Below, piece by piece: positions 26,301-38,722 of a stretch of 64,000 nucleotides of DNA (within the stretch, counting starts at the first letter, position 1; every line of letters starts with the position of its first letter). The stretch lies in the NCBI RefSeq assembly GCF_040938485.1, contig NW_027270918.1, forward strand, positions 2,356,001 through 2,420,000, given 5' to 3'. The DNA is from Diadema antillarum. Lineage: Eukaryota. The notes below the pieces were generated by a model. That model saw only the letters and a program-made list of their open reading frames with translations, had not been told where the DNA came from and did not search any database. A program made the translations under genes and the position numbers.

Positions 26301-29300
26301 TGGTAGCTAGCTATGCGCATGCATGCATTGATTGGATTTCGTACATGTGCATGCATGTGAGCCAAAAAGCTAGCTAGCAGTGTATGCTAAACGTATAGCC
26401 TGCGGCCCCACGCGCCATACGGCTTTAATATGCTTACGTGTACCGTACAACATGATTTACGATGGGTTGATGTGATGAAAAAATATTTTTAGACTTTTCT
26501 CATTCTTTTGTCAGTTCAAAATGGAAAATTTTGGGTTTAAAACTGTTTACAATTTTAGACGCTGTAGAAAGATGAAATTCATGGAAAAATTTAAACTCAA
26601 AAGAGTAAAAAAAAATAAATAAATAAAAAACCCGACCCGAGATTTCTGTGATTTTCGGTCGGTCGCAAAGAGCAAACAAACCATTTTTTTTTTTTTGGCC
26701 TTATGTTGCCTACCAATACACAATATTTCTAGAGCCTTTTGTTACTGTATTAGAATCCAGTAGATGGTCTATATAGGCCCTACTAAAAAAGCTGATCTGC
26801 ATACAGCTACAGGTTGTACAAGCTAGCATGGTGCATAGCCATTGCATGGGATCTCAATCATGATGATGTACATCTCTGCACCCAAATTTAATGAATTTCC
26901 TACGTGTATATGATAGATGAATACATAACAATAACAAACACGTACAGTGCAGTACAATCCCATCTTACATCAAACACGGGTATAAATGAGTAAAAAGTCA
27001 GTTCCCCAAATTATAAGTATTAAACTAGACCTACTTTGTGGCACAACATTTCCTTACAACAAATGAGGATATATAGTGAAATTCCCATTATAATGAAGTC
27101 ATTTCTGATTACCATTGATAAAGGAGAACAAAAGAAGTGTGCTCCTTTTTCACACAAAAAAAAAACAGTAGCTGATAGACTCTAATAATTATTCCCACAC
27201 TTTCTTGAAAAAAAAAAAATGAAGCTATTTTGAATACAGAATTGTATTTGAGCTAGAGCTGTATAAGTATTTGATACCTTATCTGGAAAAAGAAGCAAAC
27301 GCGAACATAAAGAAAAAGTTACTGCACACCGCATGCTGTGACAGTTGTTTGGTTCTATATGCATTAAAAAAAAATAATGTAGTGACAGTTTATATATGCA
27401 TAAACAGACAAAGAAAACTATGTAGTGAACATGTCATCATGATCTTGTGACTGTTGTGACTATGTTGAGGTGGTTGTATGACATTCACATCATTTTTTTT
27501 TTTTGTTTCAAGATGTTGAATATGTGTATGTAATGTGTGATTTACTTGAATTTTCATAAAAACATTGTTTTTCAGTCTGAAATATTTTTCTTGATGGGCA
27601 TTATTCTCCATTATGAAATTCTTGCTTTTGTTAATCTTACAGTTTCCCATTTTTCTCCTCTTTATCCTTCTGTTTTGAGGTTTGTTTGTTTTTTTTAAAC
27701 AACAGAATAATTCAAATTGAGCCTTTTGCCTCGTTTGCTTGTTTTAAATCATAATACGTGTATGTGTGTTGAAACAGGTATTGTGAAAGGAGAGACAGGC
27801 TGATGCGACTCAGGAAAGAAAAAGAACGCCTGTCTGCAAAGTGAGTGATATCACATTTAATTTTTTATTTTTTTGTCTAAGATAAAAAATAAAAAGTGAA
27901 AGCTATTCTACAGCACTGATGTACAATGTATGTAAAGTGTTTGCTACCAGTCATGAATTCTGGAGAACAGGATCAATGCTCAGATTCCTTATTCATGGGA
28001 CCTGAAAAAATAAGTGACATTACTTTGAATATGAATTTAAAGATGTACAGTATATCAGAGTTCACAACTTTTCTGAAAAGTCAGTATATCAGAGTACACA
28101 ACTTTTCTGAAAAGAGCCTTCAAAAATTATTGTGCAAGCTGTATCTGACACTTGTGAACACAATAACAGGGATAGATTTCTGCCTGATTTCTGCCAATGC
28201 AAGAGTTGTTGGCTACACAGTCTAGGCTGGCATTATTGCCCTTCCAATAGGCATCGGACATTCATTATGCAGAGTATTAGTAAATACATTGTTGTATACC
28301 ATTTTCTGCCTTTTATGCAGATCTATTTATCATTCTTTTTTTATTCATTCATTGTGTCATGTAGATGATATCCATATTTATCATGGTTTTTACATTTTCT
28401 TTCATTGCTCACCAAGGCTTTGTGAAAGACTGAGAAGGAAAAATGCAATAGCAGAAAAGGTATGGACATCACATTGCGTCAAAGTCATCATTACACTATA
28501 ATGCTACACAGTGTTTTCATACATTTCACATGATGTAAAGTTTGAGTTATGGTTTGCATGGAGTGCAAATTTTTTGCTTCTTTTCATATCTTTTTAGGTA
28601 CATGTACTGTCTTTTGAAATCAGTTTGTGAAGACAAGAATAAGTGACAGTATTTTACAAACCAAGAAGGAAAGCACAGGGACATATATCTATAATATGGA
28701 TGAAGTTCTCATTTTAAAGAGCCCCTGGTACAAGACATTTTTTTTTTTAAATGACAATGCAACCTCTTTGTAGAAAATACACAGTTTAGTTACTTTGTCT
28801 TTTGCTTGTGACAGTTATACAGTGTACTATGTGTGTAACATACTTGAAAGGATTGATTTCTTCTAGCATTGAGTGTTTGTTACCTTATTCCTATGCAGCA
28901 CTGGGAAGTTTCACTAATGAAAGGAAGGTTACAGATGACACAGAAGGCCATCACTGACGAGAAAAGCAACCTAGATAAAGGTGTGAATGAGTTCAGTGGA
29001 ATATCTGGCATCCCTTTAACATTAACAATTGATATATTTCTTTGTTCTTTTTCTTTTCATCCTATTTACGGTGTATATTTATTTGTGGAACCTTGTTTTT
29101 TTTTGCACCAAGTTCAGGAGGAGGAGAAAATAGAAAGGGGCACTCCAGACAATTAATATAATTTGACATCAATAAGTGCATAAATCGATAGTGCCATGTA
29201 CAGATTTGTGGAACTTTTGTGATCTTGAGCAGATAAACCAATACTCTGAAAAACCCCAAATTACACTAAACAAGGATGATGACGTAGGAGACTCACACGT

Positions 29301-32300
29301 TCCAGTATTATGATAATAATAATAATAATAATTGCATTTATATGGCGCTTCATACTGGCGTTTCTAAGCACACATAGCATTGTAATTCCATTAGAATACC
29401 TCTTGCTTAACAGGTTCACGTGTGTAGAAGTTATGCATGCTTTCTTCTTCTTTTTTCTGCTTCCTTGAGCACCCAATCATGTATTCTTATGTAAATCTGG
29501 TAGGTCATCATCCGTGTTCATTGTTATTATGAATTTTGAAAACATTCTTATTCTTCATCCCAATCACTCTGAATATTGAAACTCTGTACCCAGTGTCTCC
29601 AATTTATAGATGTTCAGATTCAAAAATCTGATAATCATCAGGAGGTCTCTTTTAAGACAAAAAGGAAAAGCCTTCATGGACATCAGCATGTGGGCATCTT
29701 CTGCTGTTGTATAGAAGAGAGTATAAGTATACCAAGTATATGTGACATTGTTTGTTGACAACTGACAGATCTATTTGTGTGTTTGTTTTTGACTTACGTT
29801 TTCATGTTGTTATTAACCACTATCAAGATCAACATGATTTCCTAATACTGTGTCCATATTGGTACTTTTTATTGCTAAAACGTGATCCCTCCTTTTATGT
29901 AAAAGTTACATTTGGTATCATTAATGCCACCTTTACTTCTGTACAGTGAATGAAGAGATGATAAGTAAAGATATTGCCACTGTAATTTGACGTGACAATT
30001 GTTTATGTTTTTATTTTGTACAGATAAACAGTCACTCCAAAGTGTTGTTGAGAAAAAGAAATTGGAGAAAATTAGAAGGGATGAACACAACAAGAAATTG
30101 CAGAAGATTCAAAAGTATATGGGTAAGTGCACCTCTTGTAACGTAAGAAAGTGATGTTAGAGGCCTTGCAGAGAGTTGCTTAAAGGGATCATATAGTTTT
30201 GGTTGAGACCTAATTTCAGGTTTCTGACATTTTTTGGTGAGATAATGAGAAACCTCTTATGAAATACGAAAGAGCATGTAATTCCATTTCTTAAAATGGT
30301 ATGTTCTGTACTATTTCATAAGTGTTTTCTTGGTATTCTCATCTCCACCAATACTGTACCATCCCTTTAAAGTGATGAGTAGATAGTCGTCAAACAACAA
30401 TTACAGTGATAGAATGCCTGGTACGTAATGACTTTCGATATTAAATGTGGAATTACACATATTTAATAGACATACATGCTTGACAATCATAATCACTTTT
30501 ATTTTTCCTTATCATATCAGCTCAATATCGTCTGTTGAGAATGAGAAGGATGTTAAGTTGTCTCGAACACTATGGGTTTAGTGGCAACTTAACGCCCTTA
30601 TCATTCTCAACCGACGATATGATGAGGTTATGTTGTTTTCTCATGTTTGAACCAATTGATGTTTGCATTCATTCCTAACTGTTAACAAATTTCCAATAAC
30701 TATGGTTACAATGTACATGAGGTTCTTCCACCAATTCAAACTCTTGAAAATATCTGTTGAATACAAATATGTAGTATTCTGAGTATCGAGAGGGAGTTGT
30801 AACTCTACACTGTCTCAAGGAGCAAACATGGAGGCATAGCCTCTACATAGTACGATGTGTTAAAGGGAGGTTATATTTTGGTTTAGATGGGGCTTCAGGT
30901 TTCCAACTTTTTTGTGACATAATGACAAACTACTCATGAAATATGAAAGGGCATACAATTCCAAGAGGGATTCAAAGTTTATTTGATGAAAATTGGTTTT
31001 GAAATGGCTGAGATATCCTTTAAAAAAAAGAAAAAGAAAGAGGTCCTAATAAAAGGTGGGACCCATCTTTTAGGACCACTCTGTTTTATTTTGTTTTTGG
31101 ATATCTCGGCCATTTCAAAACCAATTTTCATCAAATAAACTTTGATATCCTCTTAGAATTGTATGCTCTTTCATATTTCATAAGTGATTTCTACTTATCT
31201 GGCAAAAAGTTAAAATCTGAATCCCCACCTCAACCCAAACTATGCCATCCCTTTAAGTTTGTGTGGTTGGCACATTAACTTTCTGCAGAGCACATAGGAA
31301 CAAATATTGAGAGTCGGAAGGAGTCGCTGGAGGAGAAGAGTGAATTGTTGCAAGTCAAGAGGAGAGAGAAAATAACCCAGCTGCTTCATCATATATTCCC
31401 CATCACTGAAATAAACCAGAGGTGAGTGACGTCACAAGTACCAATGGCATTTTACCATGATTTCACCATTTGATGACATATATGGTATCCCGGGGTACCA
31501 AATAAAAATCAGCCATTTTGTTGAATTTGTATTTCTTTTTTTAAAGGTTGTACCCTGGGTGCCAAAAAGTGGGAAATTATTTTGGTGCAGGAGCTAGAGC
31601 GCGCTAGCCACTGCACTGCACTGAAGCACACGCTATTAATATTGCTAGCACAGCATACCATGCATGCATAGTATCACATACTGTGGCATGGGAATGACTG
31701 TAGACGCACACACCGTGCATGCATTTCTCTGCGGCTGTCCTTGAGTGGACGTGAGGTGGCGCTACACAATGTGGTACCCCGGGGTAATGCGTGATGCATC
31801 ATTTTCAGGTGGAGCATCTTCAGTCAAAATTTGTGGTTATGAGCATGTACAAGGGACTTATGATAATGTGCCAGTATCGCTGAATAATTCAAATATTAGT
31901 AGTTTATTGATGAGACAAATTTTCTTCACCTGATGACAGTATCGTAAGAGTGCAAATTTACTGTATGAGTGTGTTGCTTGCCAAACGCTCTACCCAAAGT
32001 TTCTCTGCCAACAGAGTATCATTCCTTGTGAGAATGTATTGATTTTGTATAAGATTTTATCATGTTGTCATGAAATGATTTGCGTGAAGCAGAAGTACGT
32101 GTATCTGTTTGTAGGGCATCAAACTTGCCTTGTCATCTGATCATAGCACCTTGCTCAGCTGCAAACAGGAGTATTGATGAATGTTTTGATCATACTTGTT
32201 TCAGCGTGTCACACGAGGAAGGGTGGCGAGAGGAGGTCAGCCTGACTGACAGTAAGGTCGACGAGCAATCAGCAGAAGATGAGTTGGTTGCTGCCCTCGC

Positions 32301-32846
32301 TGAGGCCAGGATGACTTCCTATGTCAGGGGTCGTTGGGTTGAGACCATCAACAATGGGGAGGCACATTACAGCATAGTTCACCCCCACGTCCAAATACCA
32401 GCCAACGGCGACTACTCGGCCTATGTAGCATGTGGTGAGTGAATTTTTTCCCCCTAGTTTGTACTTATCATTTTAAGTAAAGCATCTCATTACACATACC
32501 CTGAATTAAATCCACTTATGTCTTTATTCTCAAACTAAATTTCTGTGTAGATACTGGGTCATCCTTCATCATGAATATGCAGAAAGCATCTGATTTCAAG
32601 AGGGAGATACCTTCTTCTTTTTCTTTCTCCTGTGAATTTTGTTGATTAAGATTGTGCATGTATTTATTTGTCCTTTCTAGTGTGTCAGTGTGTAATGTAC
32701 TGCTTGATGAAGTTTCATCCCATGCATTTATGTTGATTTTGTTGTTGTTGATGTTGATGTTGACGTTGTTGAAAAAAGGTTAATTTCTCTTGATGTTGTT
32801 GAAAATAGGTTGATTTCTGTTGATGTTTGTGTTTTTGTTACTGTTG

Positions 32847-32894
<48 letters not shown>

Positions 32895-35800
32895 TTGTTG
32901 TTATTGTTGTTGTTGTTGTTTAACAAAAATAATTTCTGTTGTTGTCTTTGCAGTTGTGCCCCAGGAAACAGACATCCCTGACCCGGATGCAGAACTTGAC
33001 CTGCACAATCCTGGCCACCAGGTGGCAGCAGCTCTAACCTACACTGCGCAGCTCGTAGCTCACATAGCCAACACACTGGACGTGCCACTGGTCCGAAGGG
33101 TACATTTCAGGTAACCACCAATAACAATTGTCTTGTCTACATCTCATGATAAATTTACTACCGGTATATATTTACTTTATTTCATTTTATTAATTTATTC
33201 ATTTTAGTGCTATGTTTGATTTCATCTATATGACGAGAAACGTTGTTTCGGCATGTATGGAATGATCTGAAATCTTATGCTGGAGTGTATTGATGTCATT
33301 GTTGAGTAACCCTTTATTTGCCCAGGCACTTAGCTTATTAAACTTGCCAAGCATTTTTCGTCAGCATTCAGTAATCCATCCAAAGTTAAAGGGTGTGTAC
33401 ACTTCTGGTCGAGGTGAGGATTTAGCTTTTAACATTTTGCGAGATATTCAAAAACCACTCTATGAGATGTCAAAGAGCATGCAGTTCTAAGGGGTATCAA
33501 AAGTTTATTCGATGAAAATCGATTTTGAAATGGCTGAGATATCCAAAAACAAGGTGAAACAAAGAGATCCTAATAAAGTTGTGGCATGTCGCCTTTTATC
33601 ATTAACACTTTTTTGGATATCTCAGCCATTTGAAAACCAATTTTCATCAAAAAGACGTTGAATCCTTCTTAAAATTACATGCTCTTTCATATTTCATAAG
33701 AGGCTTTTCATTATCTCACTTAGGAATGTTCAAAACATGAATTCCTACCTCAACCAGTACTGTACAGTCCCTTTAACCTAGTTGAAGATTAGCAAGGCCA
33801 TTCAGGTGTAACAATGAGCCTCAGTCCAGCAGGAAGGCCATGGGGACACAATAGAGATTAGGGTAATTGGGTAATCTCTATTCATTGACATCTGTGTCAA
33901 TTAGGCAAAGAAAGCACTCCAACATGCATGCTACTGTACGAGCTGAAATTTTCGCGGTGGTTTTATTTTCGCGAATTTCGCGAATCGCCTTTGAACCGCG
34001 AAAATAACAACACACGAAAATGATAACGCGTGAATAACTAAGTTCAGTTAGACCCTCGCAACCACGAATTTAACAACACGCGAAAATGTCCTCCAAGTAG
34101 CAATTCGCGAAAATATCTGTAGCGAAGATTTCAGCTCGTACAGTAATTAGCGCCCAAAGCACAGCAAGGGTTAAGCAGAATTTTGTCTCCTCATCAACTC
34201 TCTAGATGTAATTTGTGTAGTATACTTGAAAGTTAGCCTTTACATTCATATTTATGTAGCACTAAATCCCAAAATATGCATAAACAATATCATTTGTGAA
34301 CCTGTAATGTTGGAATTCTTCATTACAAGTTGAAAACACAATGTAAGAATATTTGCCGTAAATGTTTTGAAATCTATTCACATGCCAAAACTCATTTGCT
34401 CAATCTTTGCAGTCGCTTTTGTAAATCAGAGCTGAGCCGCCGTGAATTCTCATCTGCAGTTGACAAACTGAACAGCAGTGTGCTCTTTCTCTGTTTTAGT
34501 CAGGTAAGTGCTAATACACTACACGGTTTGAACTATATATGGAATGTGTAAAAAGTTGTAGTACCTTGAGCTGTGAGTTTCACCCATAAAGCAATGCTGG
34601 ATGGTCAGAAAGTCCTGTTTTTATTTGTGAATATTAGAAACACAAAATTATCCCTTTTCGTTTCACACTAGTGCCATGTATTTTGACTAATACAGAACTT
34701 GGGTGTTTGGTGGGTTTTTTTTGGGGGGGGGGCAAGGGGGGCTGAGGTGCATTGAGGTGGTTATTTGTTGTTGAACAAAATTTTTTTTTTACAAGGACGA
34801 CGATGTGATCATGTTGGAGAAGTACAGTGAATTTCCCACTAAATATCTGTGGGCATCAGTCATGTATTGGTGATGTTGAAGAGATATGAACCATTTTCAG
34901 TGTATTTCAGTATTCATTGTTACTGTTTGTTTTATTTTTTGATGTATCATTTTAATAAAGCATGACAGTCCTAATGATCAAGCCATTTCTACATTGTTTG
35001 CTGAGTGGCCTTACATGCAGGAAAATCCTCACTCTTGTAGACTCTGACAACTATTTTTCAAAGCAGAACAGAACATGCATCCAACAATTAACCACTTGAG
35101 ATAATTTTTCGATTGATCATGTTTTAAGGGCGTAAAGACCTTTGCAGTATGTATGTTGTGCTATGTGAGAATTGTCACATTACATCAATTTTGCGAATTG
35201 TTGATTTCTTATTCGTTGTTGTTTTTTTTTTCATCTTTCCTATTTTGTCAGAGTATATCACCAGAGAAACTGCATCCTCATTACACACTAAGAAACCTCA
35301 TCACTTTAGTAGCCAGCGACACTCCAAGTTATGGCAGGTAAGANNNNNNNNNNNNNNNNNNNNNNNNNNNNNNNNNNNNNNNNNNNNNNNNNNNNNNNNN
35401 NNNNNNNNNNNNNNNNNNNNNNNNNNNNNNNNNNNNNNNNNNNNNNNNNNNNNNNNNNNNNNNNNNNNNNNNNNNNNNNNNNNNNNNNNNNATATTTTTC
35501 TGAAACTTAAGACTGGCAATGCAAGTGAAAGGTAGAATCAATGTAGGTCAAGGGTTTGCACTGAGACCCAAGTGATAAAGCAGTCAATATTTGTTTTATA
35601 ATTGTGAGAGAAGTACAGTATGTGATATAGGAAATATTGAATGATTGAAAGTCAGAGCATGATGTAAAACTGGTGTTACAGAGATTCCCAGTCTAAGATG
35701 TGTTTCAACTTTTCAAAATGTAAAGAAAAAAGGTGTTTATTTTATAGTTTACTTTATCATAATTCTTCTGTTTGCACCTGCCAGTATCACCTTGAGGGTT

Positions 35801-36195
35801 AAATGCCAGATGTTCATGCCATTTTTCCTCTTTCTCCACACAGGACAGCTGATTTTGAGGTGCACAGTGACCTGCTGCTTGCTGCCCAGACCTCGCCCAA
35901 CCTAACGAGTATGCTGAGCATGTCGGGCAGTGGAAGTCTGCCGGAATCTCTGGATGAGGAGGAGGACAGCATCGCTTCGGACCAGGAGGAGTGGGAGACC
36001 GTGCCCACCAGCCTGCCTCTTCCAGCGGAAGGCATTGGGGAGGACGTCGCAGGTCACAGCCCCTCCCCGCCCGAGGCGAGTCCGTCTGTGATGAGCGTGT
36101 CCACCCTGCCGCAGGCAGCGGGGCTCATGTCGTCGGCCGCCGCCTCGGTGGCGTCCCTGTGGAGGGCTGCCACGAGCCAGCGGGAGAAGAGGTGA
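22832..36195 (+). CDS. ATG14: Beclin 1-associated autophagy regulator (ATG14/Barkor), 11 coding exons, about 510 aa
   Basis: Exons: 22832-23028, 27778-27840, 28417-28459, 28899-28980, 30024-30122, 31289-31421, 32205-32434, 32954-33110, 34413-34503, 35252-35337, 35844-36195. Total 1533 nt, all GT-AG, phases agree. Motifs: N-terminal CPLC..CASC cysteine repeat, coiled coil, [56 protein letters not shown], and a C-terminal BATS-like helix [13 protein letters not shown]. Confidence 0.95.
23829..24002 (+). pseudogene. Isolated RecQ-like (SF2) helicase N-terminal exon inside ATG14 intron 1, probably a DNA-transposon remnant
   Basis: ATG at 23829, 58 codons [58 protein letters not shown], then a GTGAGT donor. 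It has a Q-motif-like KEEQ and RecQ-type Walker A LPTGFGKS. No convincing downstream helicase exon was found. Confidence 0.7.
28048..28114. repeat. 34-bp tandem duplication in ATG14 intron 2
   Basis: CAGTATATCAGAGT(T/A)CACAACTTTTCTGAAAAG occurs twice, with one mismatch. Confidence 0.9.
30184..30366. mobile_element. T2/Kolobok-type MITE, family A, internally deleted copy
   Basis: TTAA flanks and the same ends as the 20474 copy; the middle is missing. Confidence 0.8.
30525..30620. repeat. Hairpin mini element of about 90 bp, copy 2
   Basis: Reverse-complement match to 8751-8840; ends ATATCGTC / GACGATAT. Confidence 0.75.
30864..31252. mobile_element. T2/Kolobok-type MITE, family A
   Basis: TTAA|AGGGA...TCCCT|TTAA, with an internal inverted pair around GAAAATTGGTTTTGAAATGGCTGAGATATCC. 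Confidence 0.8.
31474..31802. repeat. Dispersed repeat of about 340 bp, copy 2, inverted, in ATG14 intron 6
   Basis: GGTATCCCGGGGTACCA...TGGTACCCCGGGGTA; matches 19807-20149. Confidence 0.8.
32740..32921. repeat. Compound (GTT)/(GCT) trinucleotide microsatellite in ATG14 intron 7
   Basis: The run of TGT/TGC triplets ends about 30 bp before the acceptor at 32953. Confidence 0.9.
33390..33772. mobile_element. T2/Kolobok-type MITE, family A, opposite orientation
   Basis: TTAA|AGGGTGTGTACA...TGTACAGTCCCT|TTAA; internal sequence shared with the other family A copies. Confidence 0.8.
33932..34145. mobile_element. TA-flanked MITE
   Basis: TIR TACTGTACGAGCTGAAAT / ATTTCAGCTCGTACAGTA with TTCGCG repeats. 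Confidence 0.85.
35344..35491. other. Assembly gap (N run)
   Basis: Starts 6 nt into ATG14 intron 10. The protein reads continuously across this intron (YGR|TADFEV), so a hidden coding exon is not needed. Confidence 0.99.
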
Positions 36196-38520
36196 TGATA
36201 TGAGTCAAGGAGCTTCACAATGTGGCTCCTCGCTGATTTTCACGTATCCAGCAAATACGCTGAGTAGGTTTAAGCAACGATCCCACCGTTTCACTCATGA
36301 AAGCTGATGGTAAGCCGGCCTTCATGTACAGCTGGTATTTCGGCTTTGTAAAGGGGACTGTCTTTTGGCGTCAGATTTCTGGCATCTCAGTCACATACCA
36401 CTTTGGTCCTAGGTGACAGGCACATTATGGTCTGACCTCATTCAGATTGATTCTTGTTGCTCTTCTCTGTGACAATTCTGTGGTGTTTTCCATTATAGCA
36501 TAATCATGTGCACTCTTTAGATTGCAGTAACAGGAGGACCCAATTCACACAGGAAGTTTAAATCAAATCCATGATTGAAAGTAATAGTCCAATGATTCCA
36601 CGAATTAAAATGAATGCACAATAGGCATACCTTGCAAATGGATGTGTCAGCATGTGCAATGTGTAACACGCATAAATGCAGGTGAAAAGTCTGTAATCCT
36701 TGGACTTGTAAACTACCTTTGTAAATTCCGGCCATGATGTGTTAGTGTGTCACAGAATGCTGGCCTAGGTCCTCTTCTGGTTTACCTGTGGGTGAGAAGA
36801 AAATTTGCTGAATACTAGACTGCCCTTTATAAGAGGTGTAGAGAAAAAATGGTATCACGCAGCCTGTTACACTGTAATTCGTGTGTGCATGTGTGTGCAT
36901 GTGTGTGCGTTTCTTTTTGTGTGTTTTTAAACAGGGATCAATGTCTATTTTAAAGTGTACCAATAACGCTGCGTATACTATTTGCTGTATTTGTTGAATA
37001 TACTTGAGATATGCCCTCTGCAAAATACTATAATTTTTTTTTTGTCCCTCAGATTTTGGTTATTAGAGTTTAAATGTAAATTTTAAAGAGTATGCAGAAA
37101 CAAATGTGATTGAAAATAGGCTAGTTGATCACCTGATTCTTTCAAATGAATGATCGTGCTGTCGATATTTTTATTTTCCAAATATGTCAATTATTGTCAT
37201 GAACGATAGTGATATGCAATGTGTGCACTTGATCAGCTAACCGATCGACATGGAATCTCGATATTATTCATAAAAAGGTACTGTATAGCTGGAACACGCA
37301 AACTTCAGTACCGGTGCTTGAAATGGAGCACAAATGCCAAATTGCTATTGAGATATTATCTGAATAATGGAAATATATATACTTTGAGGGGCTATTACAG
37401 GAGAATTATTGCTGTTTTTTGTGTATTTTAGCTGTACACAAATTTGATTTCCAGGGTATTGGTACACTTTAAACCAGCTGTATTTGTGTCAGATTCCATC
37501 AATGTGAACACACCAAGGTGTGGATCTTACTGTAATAATTGTTGCGTCAGTAGATGATCATAGACGGTAACTGCGTCATCAATGGGTCTGTACAAGGAAA
37601 TGACACAGGTTTCCATGGTGCTAGTTAAAGACACAATATTTCTACTTCTCAGCTCGTCATGACTCTTGCAGTCAATTGAATTGTAGGCATTTAATACCAA
37701 ATTCTCTGTCCCAAGTCAGGGAGTACACTGCATGTGTGATTGGGGGAGACAAAATGAGCTGATTCAGTTCAATGGCCCAGTATGTTTATGCAGAGGGTCG
37801 GAAAGTATGCCGTCATAGAATCAGTTCTACCTTAACAGTTGCCTTCTATATCACCTGCACATCATTAAGTGACAAAGAGGTTTCCGTATGTCATTCTGTA
37901 CTAGTTTGAGCTCTGAGCAATCAATCTAGGGAGGGATACGTGTTGGCTGTGATTATATGTCTCTATGTGCCAGTGGAACTTTGTATGAAATTTTCATTTG
38001 AGAGGTACTGTATGTGGACATTTTATTAAGAGAGGAAAGATATCCCTACATAGTCCATGTAGTGAAAAAAAAGCAACAATGAATAAATTGTTATAGTTTG
38101 GGAGCCACAAGATAACATGTATCAATCATGGCTATTTCTGCAAAGAATTGTGTGTATGTAAAGTGCATAGCAAATGGTCCACTGATGTGAAGGCCTAAAA
38201 GGTTTAAGGCATGGCATGGCAGAGTTTGTTAGCTCCATCAGAGAAAATTTCCCCACATGCATTGATTGCGAAAGTATGAAACACAGCAAGATAATATTCC
38301 TTTCATATTTTTTTTTTCGGAATGCAGTGTCACTTGCTTGTTTGCTTTACTTTTTTTTTTTCTAATTCTGGAGTTGGGTGTCGAACTAAACTCATAGTTG
38401 TGAAATCACACATGATTATCTAATGGACTAAACTATTTGATCTATGGTTAGTGTTAAACTTGATACATATTTCCTGGCAGTTTGAAAGGTGATTGCCCAA
38501 AAGAGAGTGGACATACAATG

Positions 38521-38523
<3 letters not shown>

Positions 38524-38558
<35 letters not shown>

Positions 38559-38722
38559 TTGTATACTTTACGTAAATTTGTTGTTTTTGTTTTTGCTTGT
38601 TTTATTTGGAATGGTGTGTGTGTGTGTGTGTGTGTGTGTGTGGTTGTATACTTTACGTAAATTTGTTGTTTTTGTTTTTGCTTGTTTTATTTGGAATGGT
38701 GTGTGTGTGTGTGTGTGTGTGT
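38524..38722. repeat. Exact tandem duplication with 85-bp period, anchored in (GT)n
   Basis: A unique block of about 57 bp beginning GGTTGTATACTTTACG occurs at 38557 and 38642 between GT tracts. Confidence 0.95.

Noticed and set aside
32780-33114. Poly-Cys ORF (+) and poly-Asn/Ser ORF (-)
   Set aside because: These are translations of an intronic trinucleotide repeat; only 32954-33110 is a real ATG14 exon.
427-36195. ATP6V1D plus ATG14 as an autophagy-lysosome gene cluster
   Set aside because: Two genes separated by TBP, with no full CLEAR motif (GTCACGTGAC) in either promoter; ancient synteny explains the linkage more simply.
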